DNA of 20,000 nt from an uncultured virus (IMG/VR IMGVR_UViG_3300007169_000009) (IMGVR_UViG_3300007169_000009), one strand, 5' to 3'. Positions 1 to 8,458 are shown, counted from the stretch's first letter. The notes: generated from the sequence alone by a model not told the origin. Translations and numbers: made by a program.

Positions 1-79
1 GAAAAACACTGCACTCAAGAATCTTGAGAGCCCTTACAGGCGTTCGGAGATTTTCAAAACGCTTTTCCAGTGAGATCCT

Positions 80-370
80 ATGGAATGGATTATTGATCGG
101 TTGCCAACTAAGGAAGACGCCGACAGCTACGGGAACGTTGTTTGCGGCGACAGAGATTCATGGGCGGATGTGCATTGGAGTTACGTGGACTCTCGCACTG
201 CCTGGCTTGCATTCAAGCCGGCCCCAGAGCCCGCCGCCCCCACCAGCCAACCCCGCCCCCACCAGCCAACCCCGCCCCCCCCTTCACCCCTCCCGGCGCT
301 ACGCCCGAGCCAGCTGCCGCCGCTGTCACCACCCCCACCAGTCAGCCCCGCCGCATCAGGAGGTGGATAA
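80..370 (+). CDS. hypothetical phage protein (MEWIIDRLPT..DAD N-terminus) with Pro-rich, probably frameshifted tail
   Basis: ATG ORF; stop TAA overlaps next ATG (TAATG at 368-372); the tail contains a 19-bp tandem duplication and a poly-C tract. Confidence 0.6.
   Translation: MEWIIDRLPTKEDADSYGNVVCGDRDSWADVHWSYVDSRTAWLAFKPAPEPAAPTSQPRPHQPTPPPPSPLPALRPSQLPPLSPPPPVSPAASGGG
236..273 (+). repeat. 2 x 19-bp tandem repeat GCCCCCACCAGCCAACCCC, with a degenerate third copy at ~331-352
   Basis: Exact copies at 236-254 and 255-273, followed by G+C8. Confidence 0.85.
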
Positions 371-615
371 TGGCTGATCCCCGCAATGCTCCACCCACCG
401 GCTTTGTCGCCACCTGTCGCTGCGGCGTGGTCGTTGGCGCTATGGACTACATCCGCACCGATCGCCGCGAGGCTGGTCGCCTCCTTGGTCAGTGGCTTCA
501 CGATGGCTGCACCGTCGAGCCACGGTTCACTGGCACATGGAACGTCTACGTTAAACCTTGCCGCTGTGGCATGGACTACTTGCCACTGTCCAGCGAAAAG
601 GTGGATCATGACTGA
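370..615 (+). CDS. hypothetical protein, 81 aa, two CxC motifs (CRC...CRC)
   Basis: AGGAGGTGG SD directly upstream of ATG 370; coupled to neighbours. Confidence 0.7.
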   Translation: MADPRNAPPTGFVATCRCGVVVGAMDYIRTDRREAGRLLGQWLHDGCTVEPRFTGTWNVYVKPCRCGMDYLPLSSEKVDHD

Positions 616-739
616 CCGCGTGAGCATCGCGCTCGATGCCGACTCGGTTGCTGCCGTGGCCGACGACGGCACTTCATGGTGGCTTAGCGGCGATGGAACC
701 GAGTGGACCCAAATGCCCGCGTTGCCGGATCGGAAATGA
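608..739 (+). CDS. small hypothetical protein, 43 aa (AVADDGTSWW...W..LP); possibly the detached C-terminus of the 80..370 gene
   Basis: AAGGTGG SD before ATG 608; ATGA overlap with next gene. Confidence 0.55.
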   Translation: MTDRVSIALDADSVAAVADDGTSWWLSGDGTEWTQMPALPDRK

Positions 740-894
740 GTCTTCTTGATGAATGCGTTGCTGCATACAGCGCTGGTGTCGAACCCGTCAGATGGCCCAA
801 AACAGTCTTCGGGCCGGATCGCGCCGCGCTGGCGTTGCTGCCGTGCTGGCACATCTTTCCGCAAACCCCACTCTTACCAGGACACTTCTCATGA
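736..894 (+). CDS. hypothetical protein, 52 aa
   Basis: ATGA overlaps at both ends (736-739 and 891-894). Confidence 0.5.
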   Translation: MSLLDECVAAYSAGVEPVRWPKTVFGPDRAALALLPCWHIFPQTPLLPGHFS

Positions 895-1088
895 ACGAAG
901 AGGCAGCTAAGGCGATTTCTGTCGTAGAAGCAAAGAAAGAAAAAGCAAGGCTTGAGCACGAGATCGGGGCGCTTGTAAGCGCTTTTTCAGAAAAAACCGG
1001 GCTTAGCATTAAGGGCCTGGACCTGATGCCACTTGTGTCAATGGGAGACGAGACTAGGTATTATGTTAAAGTTGATGCTGAGCTGTGA
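891..1088 (+). CDS. hypothetical protein, 65 aa
   Basis: ATG coupled to upstream stop; helical, protein-like composition. Confidence 0.7.
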   Translation: MNEEAAKAISVVEAKKEKARLEHEIGALVSAFSEKTGLSIKGLDLMPLVSMGDETRYYVKVDAEL

Positions 1089-1252
1089 TGCAAAATTCAG
1101 TCTGCGAAAAAATTAAAAAGCAAAAAGCTGTTAATTTTTTCAACAACTTAATTTGCGCATTCATAGCTGCTTCGGTTTTTGCTATGATTGGCATTGAGTA
1201 CGGCAATAGCCGTCTCCCAGCCAACAGTGGCACGCAAGGGTGCGTCAAATGA
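1088..1252 (+). CDS. small membrane protein, 54 aa (MQNSVCEK...LICAFIAASVFAMIGIEYG...)
   Basis: Translated by hand; TGATG coupling upstream and ATGA downstream; one hydrophobic segment. Confidence 0.65.
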   Translation: MQNSVCEKIKKQKAVNFFNNLICAFIAASVFAMIGIEYGNSRLPANSGTQGCVK

Positions 1253-1422
1253 CAATGCTTGCGTTTACATGCGTCGCAATGAAAGCCAGCGATCCGCCAA
1301 AGCGAATTGGAATTATTGCGACCTGCAGAGAAGGCGCCATTCAGACTGCTCAAGAAATCTTCCCAAACCACGTTTTGGGAATTGTAAGTCTTGAGCCCGA
1401 ATGGACAGATGATCCAGCTTGA
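1249..1422 (+). CDS. hypothetical protein, 57 aa
   Basis: ATGA coupling; ORF track. Confidence 0.65.
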   Translation: MTMLAFTCVAMKASDPPKRIGIIATCREGAIQTAQEIFPNHVLGIVSLEPEWTDDPA

Positions 1423-1448
1423 TTCACAAACCAAGTAAATGATCAACG

Positions 1449-1628
1449 ATGATTGAACGAATCAGGGAGCAGCTTCAGCGCTGGCAACTTCGCCGGGAGC
1501 AATGGCAGTTTCACCGCTTCAGGGCCAAGCTGCTTTCTGACTTTTATCTCTACCAGTATGCCACTGGTGGCCACTACAACCTGCAATTCGTCAAGGCTTG
1601 CAGGCATGAACTGAGAAACCGTCGCTAA
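1449..1628 (+). CDS. hypothetical basic protein, 59 aa (MIERIREQLQRWQLRREQW...)
   Basis: Translated by hand; fills the gap in the + strand gene run. Confidence 0.6.
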   Translation: MIERIREQLQRWQLRREQWQFHRFRAKLLSDFYLYQYATGGHYNLQFVKACRHELRNRR

Positions 1629-1647
1629 CGCCATTCAACATCAAATC

Positions 1648-2064
1648 ATGAACTACGACGACTGGAAGCTGAGTCCACCAGAGTACCCAGCTGATTCTGA
1701 GTTTCAGGAGAAGGTAATCGACAGGAATCAGGGAGTATTTTCTTGGCAAAGATTTTGCCATTCAATGCCTCAATATTGCGTTGATGACGCAATTTGGCAA
1801 ACTTGCAAAAAAGGCCCATTCATTACGCCGATTGAAAGGCTAATTTTTTGGGCCAATCTTGCAGTGGCGAGGCTCAAGAGACTGCAAAATCCCATTCAAG
1901 TAGCTGGCTGGATGTCACTGGCATGGGTCAATTCCTCCTATGTCGATGCCTGCGTCACGGTAGAAGAGACATGGAAGGAATCTTGGTCTTTTCATGACTT
2001 AAAAGCCGTCGAAGAGGATGATGGATCTATTTCACTGTATCGTTGCAACTTTGAAAAGCCTTAA
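1648..2064 (+). CDS. hypothetical protein, 138 aa
   Basis: ORF abuts the next gene; pyrimidine/A-rich leader. Confidence 0.7.
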   Translation: MNYDDWKLSPPEYPADSEFQEKVIDRNQGVFSWQRFCHSMPQYCVDDAIWQTCKKGPFITPIERLIFWANLAVARLKRLQNPIQVAGWMSLAWVNSSYVDACVTVEETWKESWSFHDLKAVEEDDGSISLYRCNFEKP

Positions 2065-2631
2065 ATGCAAGCCTCGATGAAAGACGTGGCCTTTTGGTCG
2101 TCAACTCCACAGCAAGGAAAGACAACTGCTGCAAGGTATCTGCAACACTTTGGGTACGCAAAGTTTGCATTTGCTGATCCACTTTACGCAATGCTCAGGT
2201 CAATGCTGCTGATAGCTGGCTACGAGCGCAGTGAAATCGACTTTTATCTTTCGGAAGGGAAGGAAGAGGTTATTCCTGAAATTGGCGTCAGTTGCAGGCA
2301 TTTAACCAGAACGCTTGGCACGGAATGGGGAAGGCACATTATTGACCAGAATTTGTGGGTCAAAGTCGCAAGAAAAAGAATCCTAAAAGAGCAGGGAGAC
2401 ATTTATAGGCGACCAATTTGCTTTGATGATCTTCGCTTTCCAAATGAACTTGAGCTGCTTAAGAGACACGGCTTTACGCTTATCAGGGTTGTGCGCGAAA
2501 CTGGCAGAAGTGACTATCACGTTTCTGACTTGGCGCTGAGGGATTACGATGGCTGGGACCATGTTGTTGAAAACAATGGCACACCAGAAGAGTTCAACTT
2601 CAAAATTCAAAAGCTTCTTGAATGGAACTAA
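2065..2631 (+). CDS. deoxynucleoside monophosphate kinase (T4 gp1-like dNMP kinase)
   Basis: P-loop QQGKTT, FAFADPL, R...LGTEWGR, DDLRFPNE, HVSD and VENNGT motifs typical of phage dNMP kinases. Confidence 0.9.
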   Translation: MQASMKDVAFWSSTPQQGKTTAARYLQHFGYAKFAFADPLYAMLRSMLLIAGYERSEIDFYLSEGKEEVIPEIGVSCRHLTRTLGTEWGRHIIDQNLWVKVARKRILKEQGDIYRRPICFDDLRFPNELELLKRHGFTLIRVVRETGRSDYHVSDLALRDYDGWDHVVENNGTPEEFNFKIQKLLEWN

Positions 2632-2864
2632 CTAACTTTGAGAAAAGGCTTTTGCTTGTTGCGCTAAAGTTTCTCTACAGAGCCGGTCCACACTTTGTTT
2701 CAATGCTGTGGGATGGCAATTCACCAGAGAAGCAAGAAGATTGGGACAAGTGCAAGGCTCGCATGAAAAAGCTTTACGCAAAAATCAAAGGTAGCATTGA
2801 TGACGGTTGCATCCCAGAGCCTCAGGCTTGCCGAGATCACATTCGCAAGCAAGCAAAACTTTAG
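2622..2864 (+). CDS. hypothetical protein, 80 aa
   Basis: ATG overlapping the kinase end. Confidence 0.65.
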   Translation: MELTNFEKRLLLVALKFLYRAGPHFVSMLWDGNSPEKQEDWDKCKARMKKLYAKIKGSIDDGCIPEPQACRDHIRKQAKL

Positions 2865-3033
2865 GTATGTTTACACGGCAGGAGGCTTCAAGGTTTGTCG
2901 CAAGTGCTGCGGATCAGAAAGGACTAGGTTTGCTATTGACCCTCTCTGGATCATCAAGGCTGACAACGTAAATGCAACTGGCTACAGAATAAAGTGCGAA
3001 AACTGTGGCGGATGGATTGATTCTAAATCCTAG
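2800..3033 (+). CDS. putative zinc-ribbon protein, 77 aa
   Basis: CRKC...CENC cysteine pairs; ends just before cassette 1. Confidence 0.55.
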   Translation: MTVASQSLRLAEITFASKQNFRYVYTAGGFKVCRKCCGSERTRFAIDPLWIIKADNVNATGYRIKCENCGGWIDSKS

Positions 3034-3086
3034 GATTAAATCTTACAGGTTCACTATCGCGCAAGGCTGAACTGGGGCAAGAGTTT

Positions 3087-3127
3087 GCGGTCGAGGCTGG
3101 CTAAATTGCCAGAATCGACCGCTTTTT
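3087..3127 (+). terminator. intrinsic terminator
   Basis: GCGGTCGA..CTGGC-loop-GCCAG..TCGACCGC stem followed by TTTTT. Confidence 0.8.
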
Positions 3128-3129
3128 AG

Positions 3130-3192
3130 TGTTACGCTTCGCCAACCTTATGGCGGGCTTCGCTTGCATACGGGGCGTTCGTATGGTACAAT
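3130..3192 (+). promoter_or_regulatory. sigma70 promoter (cassette 1) with conserved upstream box
   Basis: -35 TTGCAT 3164-3169, 17-bp spacer, extended -10 TGgTACAAT (3187-3192); box TGTTACGCTTCGCCAACCTTATGG at 3130-3153. Confidence 0.85.
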
Positions 3193-3249
3193 GGATGGCG
3201 TCGGGGATCTTGCGGGCTCGCCGGCCGCCACACTTACACCTTACAGGTT

Positions 3250-3645
3250 ATGCCAACAGCAAATCAGACCGTGCGTCAGGCAGCAGTTGCTAGGCGACAG
3301 CTTAAAAGGCTGCTTAAGCAGCTGCCAAGCTTGCGGCTCAGCATTTACAAGTTGTTAGTTGCCATCAAGAAGGATCAATGCTGGGAGCCTAGCTCTGACG
3401 CCGAAGAGCCCTACATTGACTTCACCATCGGTTGCACCTTCGACTTTGACGAAGGTTGCATTATCTGGAGCTACCAGACCGGAGACAACAGCTTCACTGG
3501 TGGAGCTTACGGGCACCCCGAATGGTTTACTACTTCACTACTTAGCCGCAGTAGCTGCATGGATCTTGCCACTGGTCTGATCTCAGAGATTGACAGTCGC
3601 ATCTGCGAGCTTGCATCCGGCCACTTTCCTTTTGCCGAATACTGA
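3250..3645 (+). CDS. hypothetical phage protein (WSYQTGDNSFTGGAY motif)
   Basis: First gene after promoter 1; motif I recall from uncharacterised phage proteins. Confidence 0.8.
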   Translation: MPTANQTVRQAAVARRQLKRLLKQLPSLRLSIYKLLVAIKKDQCWEPSSDAEEPYIDFTIGCTFDFDEGCIIWSYQTGDNSFTGGAYGHPEWFTTSLLSRSSCMDLATGLISEIDSRICELASGHFPFAEY

Positions 3646-3701
3646 GTCTGTATCTGCTGATCAGCTTTTTGCATGTTTGCAGTTTACCTGATTTTCACTC
3701 A

Positions 3702-4355
3702 ATGAAGAACTACAAGCTCACAGTCGCCGAGAATCAGCTTACTGGTGAGATTGGCGTCATTGTTTGCACTGGCCGCAAGTACCATGATCCGTGGAATGGG
3801 ACAGTTGCAGCTCACGACATTCTTGAGCATCCTGCAACTCCGCACCACGATCCATTTATTGACGAGTTTATGGCTCTTGGAGCGATGGCTGCAAGTAGAA
3901 TAGCGACGAACCATAGATCATTTTCAAGGCTAAGACCTGACAGCTTTGCCGACATTAGCGCAGACATTAGTAGACTTATCCTTGAGCGTCCCCAGCAACT
4001 ATGCCCCATTCCCTCAGGGAATAGAGTAAGGGATTCAAGAATTGTCTCTGATTTTAGAGATTGCGTGAAAGCGGGCATTAAAGAAGCTCGCTATGAGCTT
4101 GAAGAAGAAGGCGATACAATGCGCGAAATAAACGAAGAAGAGCTATCTTCTATCGTTGGCTGGATGTGCAAAGGCTACAGTCTTTATCGCGCAAGATTCA
4201 GGCGTTCGCCCGACAACGCCATCTACCTGTTTGATCTGATTCAGAAAGAAGTGGACAGCTGGCTTTCTGATAATAACTTTGAAGGCGCTGAAGCTACATT
4301 GTGCGTAGACTTTACGAACTGCTACTGCCACATTGCCGAGCATTTCTCAAAATGA
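3702..4355 (+). CDS. hypothetical protein with HDxxEH...DE putative metal-binding motif
   Basis: ATG 3702; AHDILEH...DEFMALG. Confidence 0.75.
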   Translation: MKNYKLTVAENQLTGEIGVIVCTGRKYHDPWNGTVAAHDILEHPATPHHDPFIDEFMALGAMAASRIATNHRSFSRLRPDSFADISADISRLILERPQQLCPIPSGNRVRDSRIVSDFRDCVKAGIKEARYELEEEGDTMREINEEELSSIVGWMCKGYSLYRARFRRSPDNAIYLFDLIQKEVDSWLSDNNFEGAEATLCVDFTNCYCHIAEHFSK

Positions 4356-4510
4356 AGAAACTCGTTATCGAAATCAAGGGAGATTGCACAGACTCCTTGT
4401 GCAATGCCATCAGAGAGGTTGAGCGCGTCGTTAGCGAAGGCTACACCTCTGGCTTCAATAGCAACGAAACAGATTGCTACCACTTTGACATTTCTGAGAT
4501 CAATGACTAG
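4352..4510 (+). CDS. hypothetical protein, 52 aa
   Basis: ATGA coupling. Confidence 0.7.
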   Translation: MKKLVIEIKGDCTDSLCNAIREVERVVSEGYTSGFNSNETDCYHFDISEIND

Positions 4511-4766
4511 CTCAACAGAAGACAGCCGCTTGTTTATTGCCGTGTTTCCTACTGGCATCGGCTATGCCGATATGTCAAAGGAGGAGCATGGAGATTACAA
4601 GCGTGTTGCATTTTTGTCTTATCGAACTTTGCAGTTTGAGCCGGAAAAAAATGCAAACAGAGAGCTTATTGAGCAGGCCAGGCAGCACGCAGTTACAATC
4701 CAGGCGATGCGCGGGCAAGAGTTCCGTGTTTCAGCCTCCGGTCAAACCGTGCTTCTTGGAAGTTGA
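4503..4766 (+). CDS. hypothetical protein, 87 aa
   Basis: ATG overlapping upstream gene end; FPTGIGYAD..EEHGDYK motif. Confidence 0.75.
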   Translation: MTSSTEDSRLFIAVFPTGIGYADMSKEEHGDYKRVAFLSYRTLQFEPEKNANRELIEQARQHAVTIQAMRGQEFRVSASGQTVLLGS

Positions 4767-4799
4767 CTCCCTTGACTTTCCAGTTTATCTTTTTTGACA

Positions 4800-5210
4800 A
4801 TGAATCCATCAGTTAAGCAGCTTGCTGAAACCCTACTTTGGTCGGAGTACGATCGTGACGGAGACGACGAGCCACTTGATTCAAAGTTCAGCCCTGAAGA
4901 CATTGACAGTAAATCTCTGTCGGAACTTCATCAGAGATTTCAAAAGTTTCTCTCAGAAGCAGAGGCTGAAATTACCAAGCTCAAGGGTGATGGTTGGAGT
5001 TTCGTTGAAGACTTTTACACTGGATCAGACAGAAGTGGCTATCAGCTTGAGCATGATTACATTATGACTGTCAATGGTCATGGCTGCGGCTTTTGGGAGA
5101 CAAGTGATTGGTTGCCAGAAGTCGGAGACATCTTGACAAAACTTGCAAAAGAAGAAAAGCAGATTAGCTGCTGGGTCAAAGATGAAACAGTTTACATTGA
5201 GTTCGGTTAA
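4800..5210 (+). CDS. acidic hypothetical phage protein (HD..T.NGHG.GFW motif)
   Basis: ATG 4800; HDYIMTVNGHGCGFW resembles a widespread uncharacterised phage family. Confidence 0.8.
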   Translation: MNPSVKQLAETLLWSEYDRDGDDEPLDSKFSPEDIDSKSLSELHQRFQKFLSEAEAEITKLKGDGWSFVEDFYTGSDRSGYQLEHDYIMTVNGHGCGFWETSDWLPEVGDILTKLAKEEKQISCWVKDETVYIEFG

Positions 5211-5504
5211 ATGAAAGAGTCGGCTATTCAGATTTATCGACTTAGCGAAGTCGGGCGATCAATGACATGGAGAGAGTATCAAGCTTTTGGCTATGGTCTG
5301 ACACAATGGCAAGATTACGGGCTTTCCAGGTCTTTTGGGCCGATTGCGCACTGGAGCCCAAATCTTACGCTTGGCGAGATTGAAGATGCCTGCCCATTTG
5401 CAGGCAGAACAATGGCAAAGATTTTTGCCGAAAGGTTGGGGCTTCCAGATTTAGCCATCACGGATGGGCCTCCCAGATTCTACAGGCAAATCGACCGATC
5501 TTAA
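5211..5504 (+). CDS. hypothetical protein, 97 aa
   Basis: ATG directly after upstream TAA. Confidence 0.7.
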   Translation: MKESAIQIYRLSEVGRSMTWREYQAFGYGLTQWQDYGLSRSFGPIAHWSPNLTLGEIEDACPFAGRTMAKIFAERLGLPDLAITDGPPRFYRQIDRS

Positions 5505-5508
5505 AAAA

Positions 5509-5712
5509 ATGAACCGACCCCTCGGCTATCTGCAACAGCAAATGTTTGATTTTTGCAAGCGCCACCCTGGACATCACTATGTCCCAGCTGACGCTGAGAG
5601 TGTAAGGATTGCTCGATCACTTGAAAAGCGCGGCCTACTGCACATCACAGATTGCGGGATGGTCGATGCTCGCGGCAGGTCTGCCCTGATGGCCTCCTAC
5701 GTTGAACCCTGA
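5509..5712 (+). CDS. small protein, 67 aa, possible winged-helix fold
   Basis: ATG 5509; RIARSLEKRGLLHI resembles a wHTH recognition helix/wing. Confidence 0.65.
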   Translation: MNRPLGYLQQQMFDFCKRHPGHHYVPADAESVRIARSLEKRGLLHITDCGMVDARGRSALMASYVEP

Positions 5713-5829
5713 GCATCGCCAGCGCCAGCCAGCGACCTCCCTGCGCCACCTTGGCCCATCGAAGTGACACTCTGGGGCCTCCAGCCTCAGAGCCCCCTCC
5801 CTGGCGATTTCTGCCTTCAAGTTAAAGCC

Positions 5830-6324
5830 ATGCCAAAGACTCGCAACTCTTTACAACTTACAAGAAACGAGACAATCGAAAGGCTACAGGCTGCCAAAAG
5901 TTACCTTGGAAACAAGGATAGACTGGCATTTATGCGAACAGGTAGCATCTACCTTCCGTGCAACTATCGCCCTGAAGACGAGCAAAGCTGGTACTCTGCG
6001 CCGAGGCTTTCTGAGTTAGAGCTTTGCTCCCTTTCAGAATGCACTATGGCCTTCGCCGGCTACAGCTGGAAGGCTGATTCAAGGTTCATGGCATCTAACG
6101 CAATCGAGTTTACAGACTGGGCATTCCGCAAAGGCGCTTCAATAGGTGAGGCAGTAGTCATCATTTTTTATCCTTGGAAGGAGAAGCGCAAAACCACAAA
6201 AACTGCAACTTTGTGGCTTGGGACTTGGCATCACGCCCCGCTCATTGCATGGATTGGTGGCATGGTCGCAGATCAAAATGTAGCAGTTGACGCTCTCCCT
6301 AAGTACCTCGATCTGATTCACTAA
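5830..6324 (+). CDS. hypothetical protein, 164 aa
   Basis: GTTAAAGCC-ATG leader; TAATG coupling to the next gene. Confidence 0.7.
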   Translation: MPKTRNSLQLTRNETIERLQAAKSYLGNKDRLAFMRTGSIYLPCNYRPEDEQSWYSAPRLSELELCSLSECTMAFAGYSWKADSRFMASNAIEFTDWAFRKGASIGEAVVIIFYPWKEKRKTTKTATLWLGTWHHAPLIAWIGGMVADQNVAVDALPKYLDLIH

Positions 6325-6923
6325 TGCAAAACATCCTTCTTGAAGTTAAAAGCGTTCGGCGCTGCGACAATGGCCACACTTGCAACTTGATAGCTAACGG
6401 CAGAAAGGTTGCATTTATTGCCCCTGGCATCTTTGAGTGGACAAACTATTCAAAAAAGGTTGATGTGCTGACTTGGTTTGCGGCCAGGGCAGGCTCAAAG
6501 GCAAAGCAGCCGCAACCTACAGAGCTGAAAGATGGTTGGGAGTCTGAGATTCCAGATCACAGGCTAGAAGACGCAAAGCATGAGGCGACGGAAACGGCCT
6601 TGCATCAATGGGTCATCTTGCATTTTAAGGCATACGAGATTACTCAAAGATGCAAGTTTACAGTTATGAGCCTTGGCAGCAAAGGGGAGATTCTTGACTG
6701 GGGCATTTCTCCTGACAGTCTGCATCCCACCAGGCTAGGTGATAACTGGGAGTCTCAGCTTTCTGGTTGCGACAGCGGTTCCGGCAAAGCTAAAGGTAGT
6801 GGCTACAGTCGCTCACGCTCTTCTTCGTCAACTTTGTTGAACAAACTTTCCATGCCAGAAATAGTCAGGCTTTTAGAGCAAAAGCCAAAGCCAGCTCCTC
6901 GGCGGAAACGCGCTAAGGTTTAA
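6324..6923 (+). CDS. hypothetical protein, 199 aa, Ser/Gly-rich segment and basic tail
   Basis: ORF track; coupling. Confidence 0.75.
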   Translation: MQNILLEVKSVRRCDNGHTCNLIANGRKVAFIAPGIFEWTNYSKKVDVLTWFAARAGSKAKQPQPTELKDGWESEIPDHRLEDAKHEATETALHQWVILHFKAYEITQRCKFTVMSLGSKGEILDWGISPDSLHPTRLGDNWESQLSGCDSGSGKAKGSGYSRSRSSSSTLLNKLSMPEIVRLLEQKPKPAPRRKRAKV

Positions 6924-6939
6924 CGGTTGCCTCTTTGCA

Positions 6940-7536
6940 ATGAAAGTCTTGGTTGCTTGCGAGTTTAGCGGCAGAGTTCGGGATGCTTTTCTGAAGAAGG
7001 GCCATGAAGCGATTTCATGCGACATTTTGCCGACAGAGGTTCCAGGGCCGCATTATCAAGGCGATGTGGCAGACATTTTGCATACTGAAAGTTGGGATCT
7101 TATTATTGCGCATCCTCCATGCACCTATCTTGCCAAAAGTGGTGTAAGGTGGCTTGGCGAAGAAGGAAGTGATAGATGGCAGAAAATGGTTGAAGCAGCA
7201 GCTTTTTTCAATTTATTCCTTGCCCACCCATGCAAAAAAGTTTGCATTGAAAACCCTGTGATGCACCGTTACGCAAAATCAAAGCTGCTGATTCCACATT
7301 ACAGCCAAAAAACTCAACCCTATTTCCATGGTCATCCAGAAAGAAAAGCCACTTGTCTTTGGTTAAAGGGGCTTCCGCTTCTTCAAGCAACAGGAAATGT
7401 ATCGCTGCTGATGATTGGACAGTCTGAAGGTTCAAAAAACAAAAGTCACTGGGAGCCGCCTGGGAGAGAAAGGCAAAAGAATAGAAGTCGCACCTTCCAT
7501 GGAATAGCTAAAGCAATGGCCGATCAGTGGGGGTAA
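6940..7536 (+). CDS. phage DNA (cytosine-5)-methyltransferase-like protein
   Basis: VLVACEFSG, SCD, GDV, catalytic AHPPC (motif IV), IENPV (motif VI), K.TCLWL, C-terminal RS.TF.GIA.AMA.QWG. Confidence 0.8.
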   Translation: MKVLVACEFSGRVRDAFLKKGHEAISCDILPTEVPGPHYQGDVADILHTESWDLIIAHPPCTYLAKSGVRWLGEEGSDRWQKMVEAAAFFNLFLAHPCKKVCIENPVMHRYAKSKLLIPHYSQKTQPYFHGHPERKATCLWLKGLPLLQATGNVSLLMIGQSEGSKNKSHWEPPGRERQKNRSRTFHGIAKAMADQWG

Positions 7537-7605
7537 GTTGTCGGCAGAACCTGGCCAATCTTGCGAAAATCTCGCCCTAATCTTACAGAGACCCAAGAAA
7601 AGTGC

Positions 7606-7668
7606 TGTTACGCTTTGCTAACTTTAAGGGTCGCCGGGCTTGACGAATGGCGTTCTTTCGCTTACAAT
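7606..7668 (+). promoter_or_regulatory. sigma70 promoter (cassette 2) with conserved upstream box
   Basis: -35 TTGACG 7640-7645, 17-bp spacer, -10 TACAAT 7663-7668; box TGTTACGCTTTGCTAACTTTAAGG at 7606-7629. Confidence 0.85.
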
Positions 7669-7742
7669 GGGGGCGCTGGGGAAGTTGCATCTTAAGTGCA
7701 TCCAGACCTTGCAGTTAAAACTCTACAGCTTACAGCTTGATC

Positions 7743-8006
7743 ATGGAAACTGGCATTTGCGTTAAAGTAACGACAAAGCTTGACAATAACGGCAACAGGA
7801 TTGCAACCGCCGTTCACAAGCGAGACAGCAGCACAACTTACAGGCTGCGAATGCAGACTAAAGATCCAAAAGAAGCTCTTGACGCCTGGATGGCAAAGTT
7901 TACCGGCCAAGGCTCCAAGGGATTGATTGCAGACTTTGAGGTTGTAGCTCGTGGCGGCGATCACGAAGGCTACTGCTATGTACTCGCTCCCCGCAACTTT
8001 AACTGA
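7743..8006 (+). CDS. hypothetical protein, 87 aa
   Basis: First gene after promoter 2; TGATG coupling. Confidence 0.75.
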   Translation: METGICVKVTTKLDNNGNRIATAVHKRDSSTTYRLRMQTKDPKEALDAWMAKFTGQGSKGLIADFEVVARGGDHEGYCYVLAPRNFN

Positions 8007-8293
8007 TGACAGTTTCCTTTTCCGAGTTCAAAAGCTCATACGTTACGCTCCCTCCCGACAGGTTTTTTGCCACCAGGATTGCGGTTGAGCAGTCAATCAC
8101 TAGAGATTACTGGTTGCAGCCTGGCGCACATCCGATGGAGTGTATGCCTTCCTGGTTCTTTGTTTACATGAATGAAGCCTGGATCGCATACCTTGGGTCA
8201 GGCATTTACATGACCCTTGTTGAGGGCAAAGAGATCAGCGGTGGAATCACAGAGGTTCTGACCGCACTGTTTGAGTGGTGGCAGGATTCATGA
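8006..8293 (+). CDS. hypothetical protein, 95 aa
   Basis: Coupled at both ends. Confidence 0.75.
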   Translation: MTVSFSEFKSSYVTLPPDRFFATRIAVEQSITRDYWLQPGAHPMECMPSWFFVYMNEAWIAYLGSGIYMTLVEGKEISGGITEVLTALFEWWQDS

Positions 8294-8457
8294 ACTACCG
8301 AGAAGCCAAAAGGCTATTTGACGAACGCTTCACGTTCTCTCCAAAAGACAGGGCCGAGGCGAGTCAAGCTTGGTGCATCTTCATTGACACCTTGCACCGT
8401 GATGGCCAGATCACGGACAATCAAGTTCAATCCTGGGACAACCCTTTTCACAAGTAA
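8290..8457 (+). CDS. small phage protein, 55 aa (AW..F.D.L..DGQIT..Q...W.NPF)
   Basis: ATGA coupling; motif I recall from small phage/cyanophage proteins. Confidence 0.75.
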   Translation: MNYREAKRLFDERFTFSPKDRAEASQAWCIFIDTLHRDGQITDNQVQSWDNPFHK

Positions 8458-8458
8458 C

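Noticed and set aside
181..864. 227-aa minus-strand ORF
   Set aside because: Shadow of GC-rich + strand genes that have SD sites and translational coupling; low-complexity translation.
753..890. N-terminal extension of the 891 gene, or a frameshift with the 736 gene (RRAGVAAVLAHLS frame)
   Set aside because: The alternative frame looks protein-like, but 736..894 is coupled by ATGA at both ends; this cannot be resolved without homologues.
3130..3153. NtcA site in the upstream box
   Set aside because: NtcA needs GTA-N8-TAC; the box gives at best GTTA-N8-TAAC (copy 2), with wrong spacing and not conserved in the other copies.
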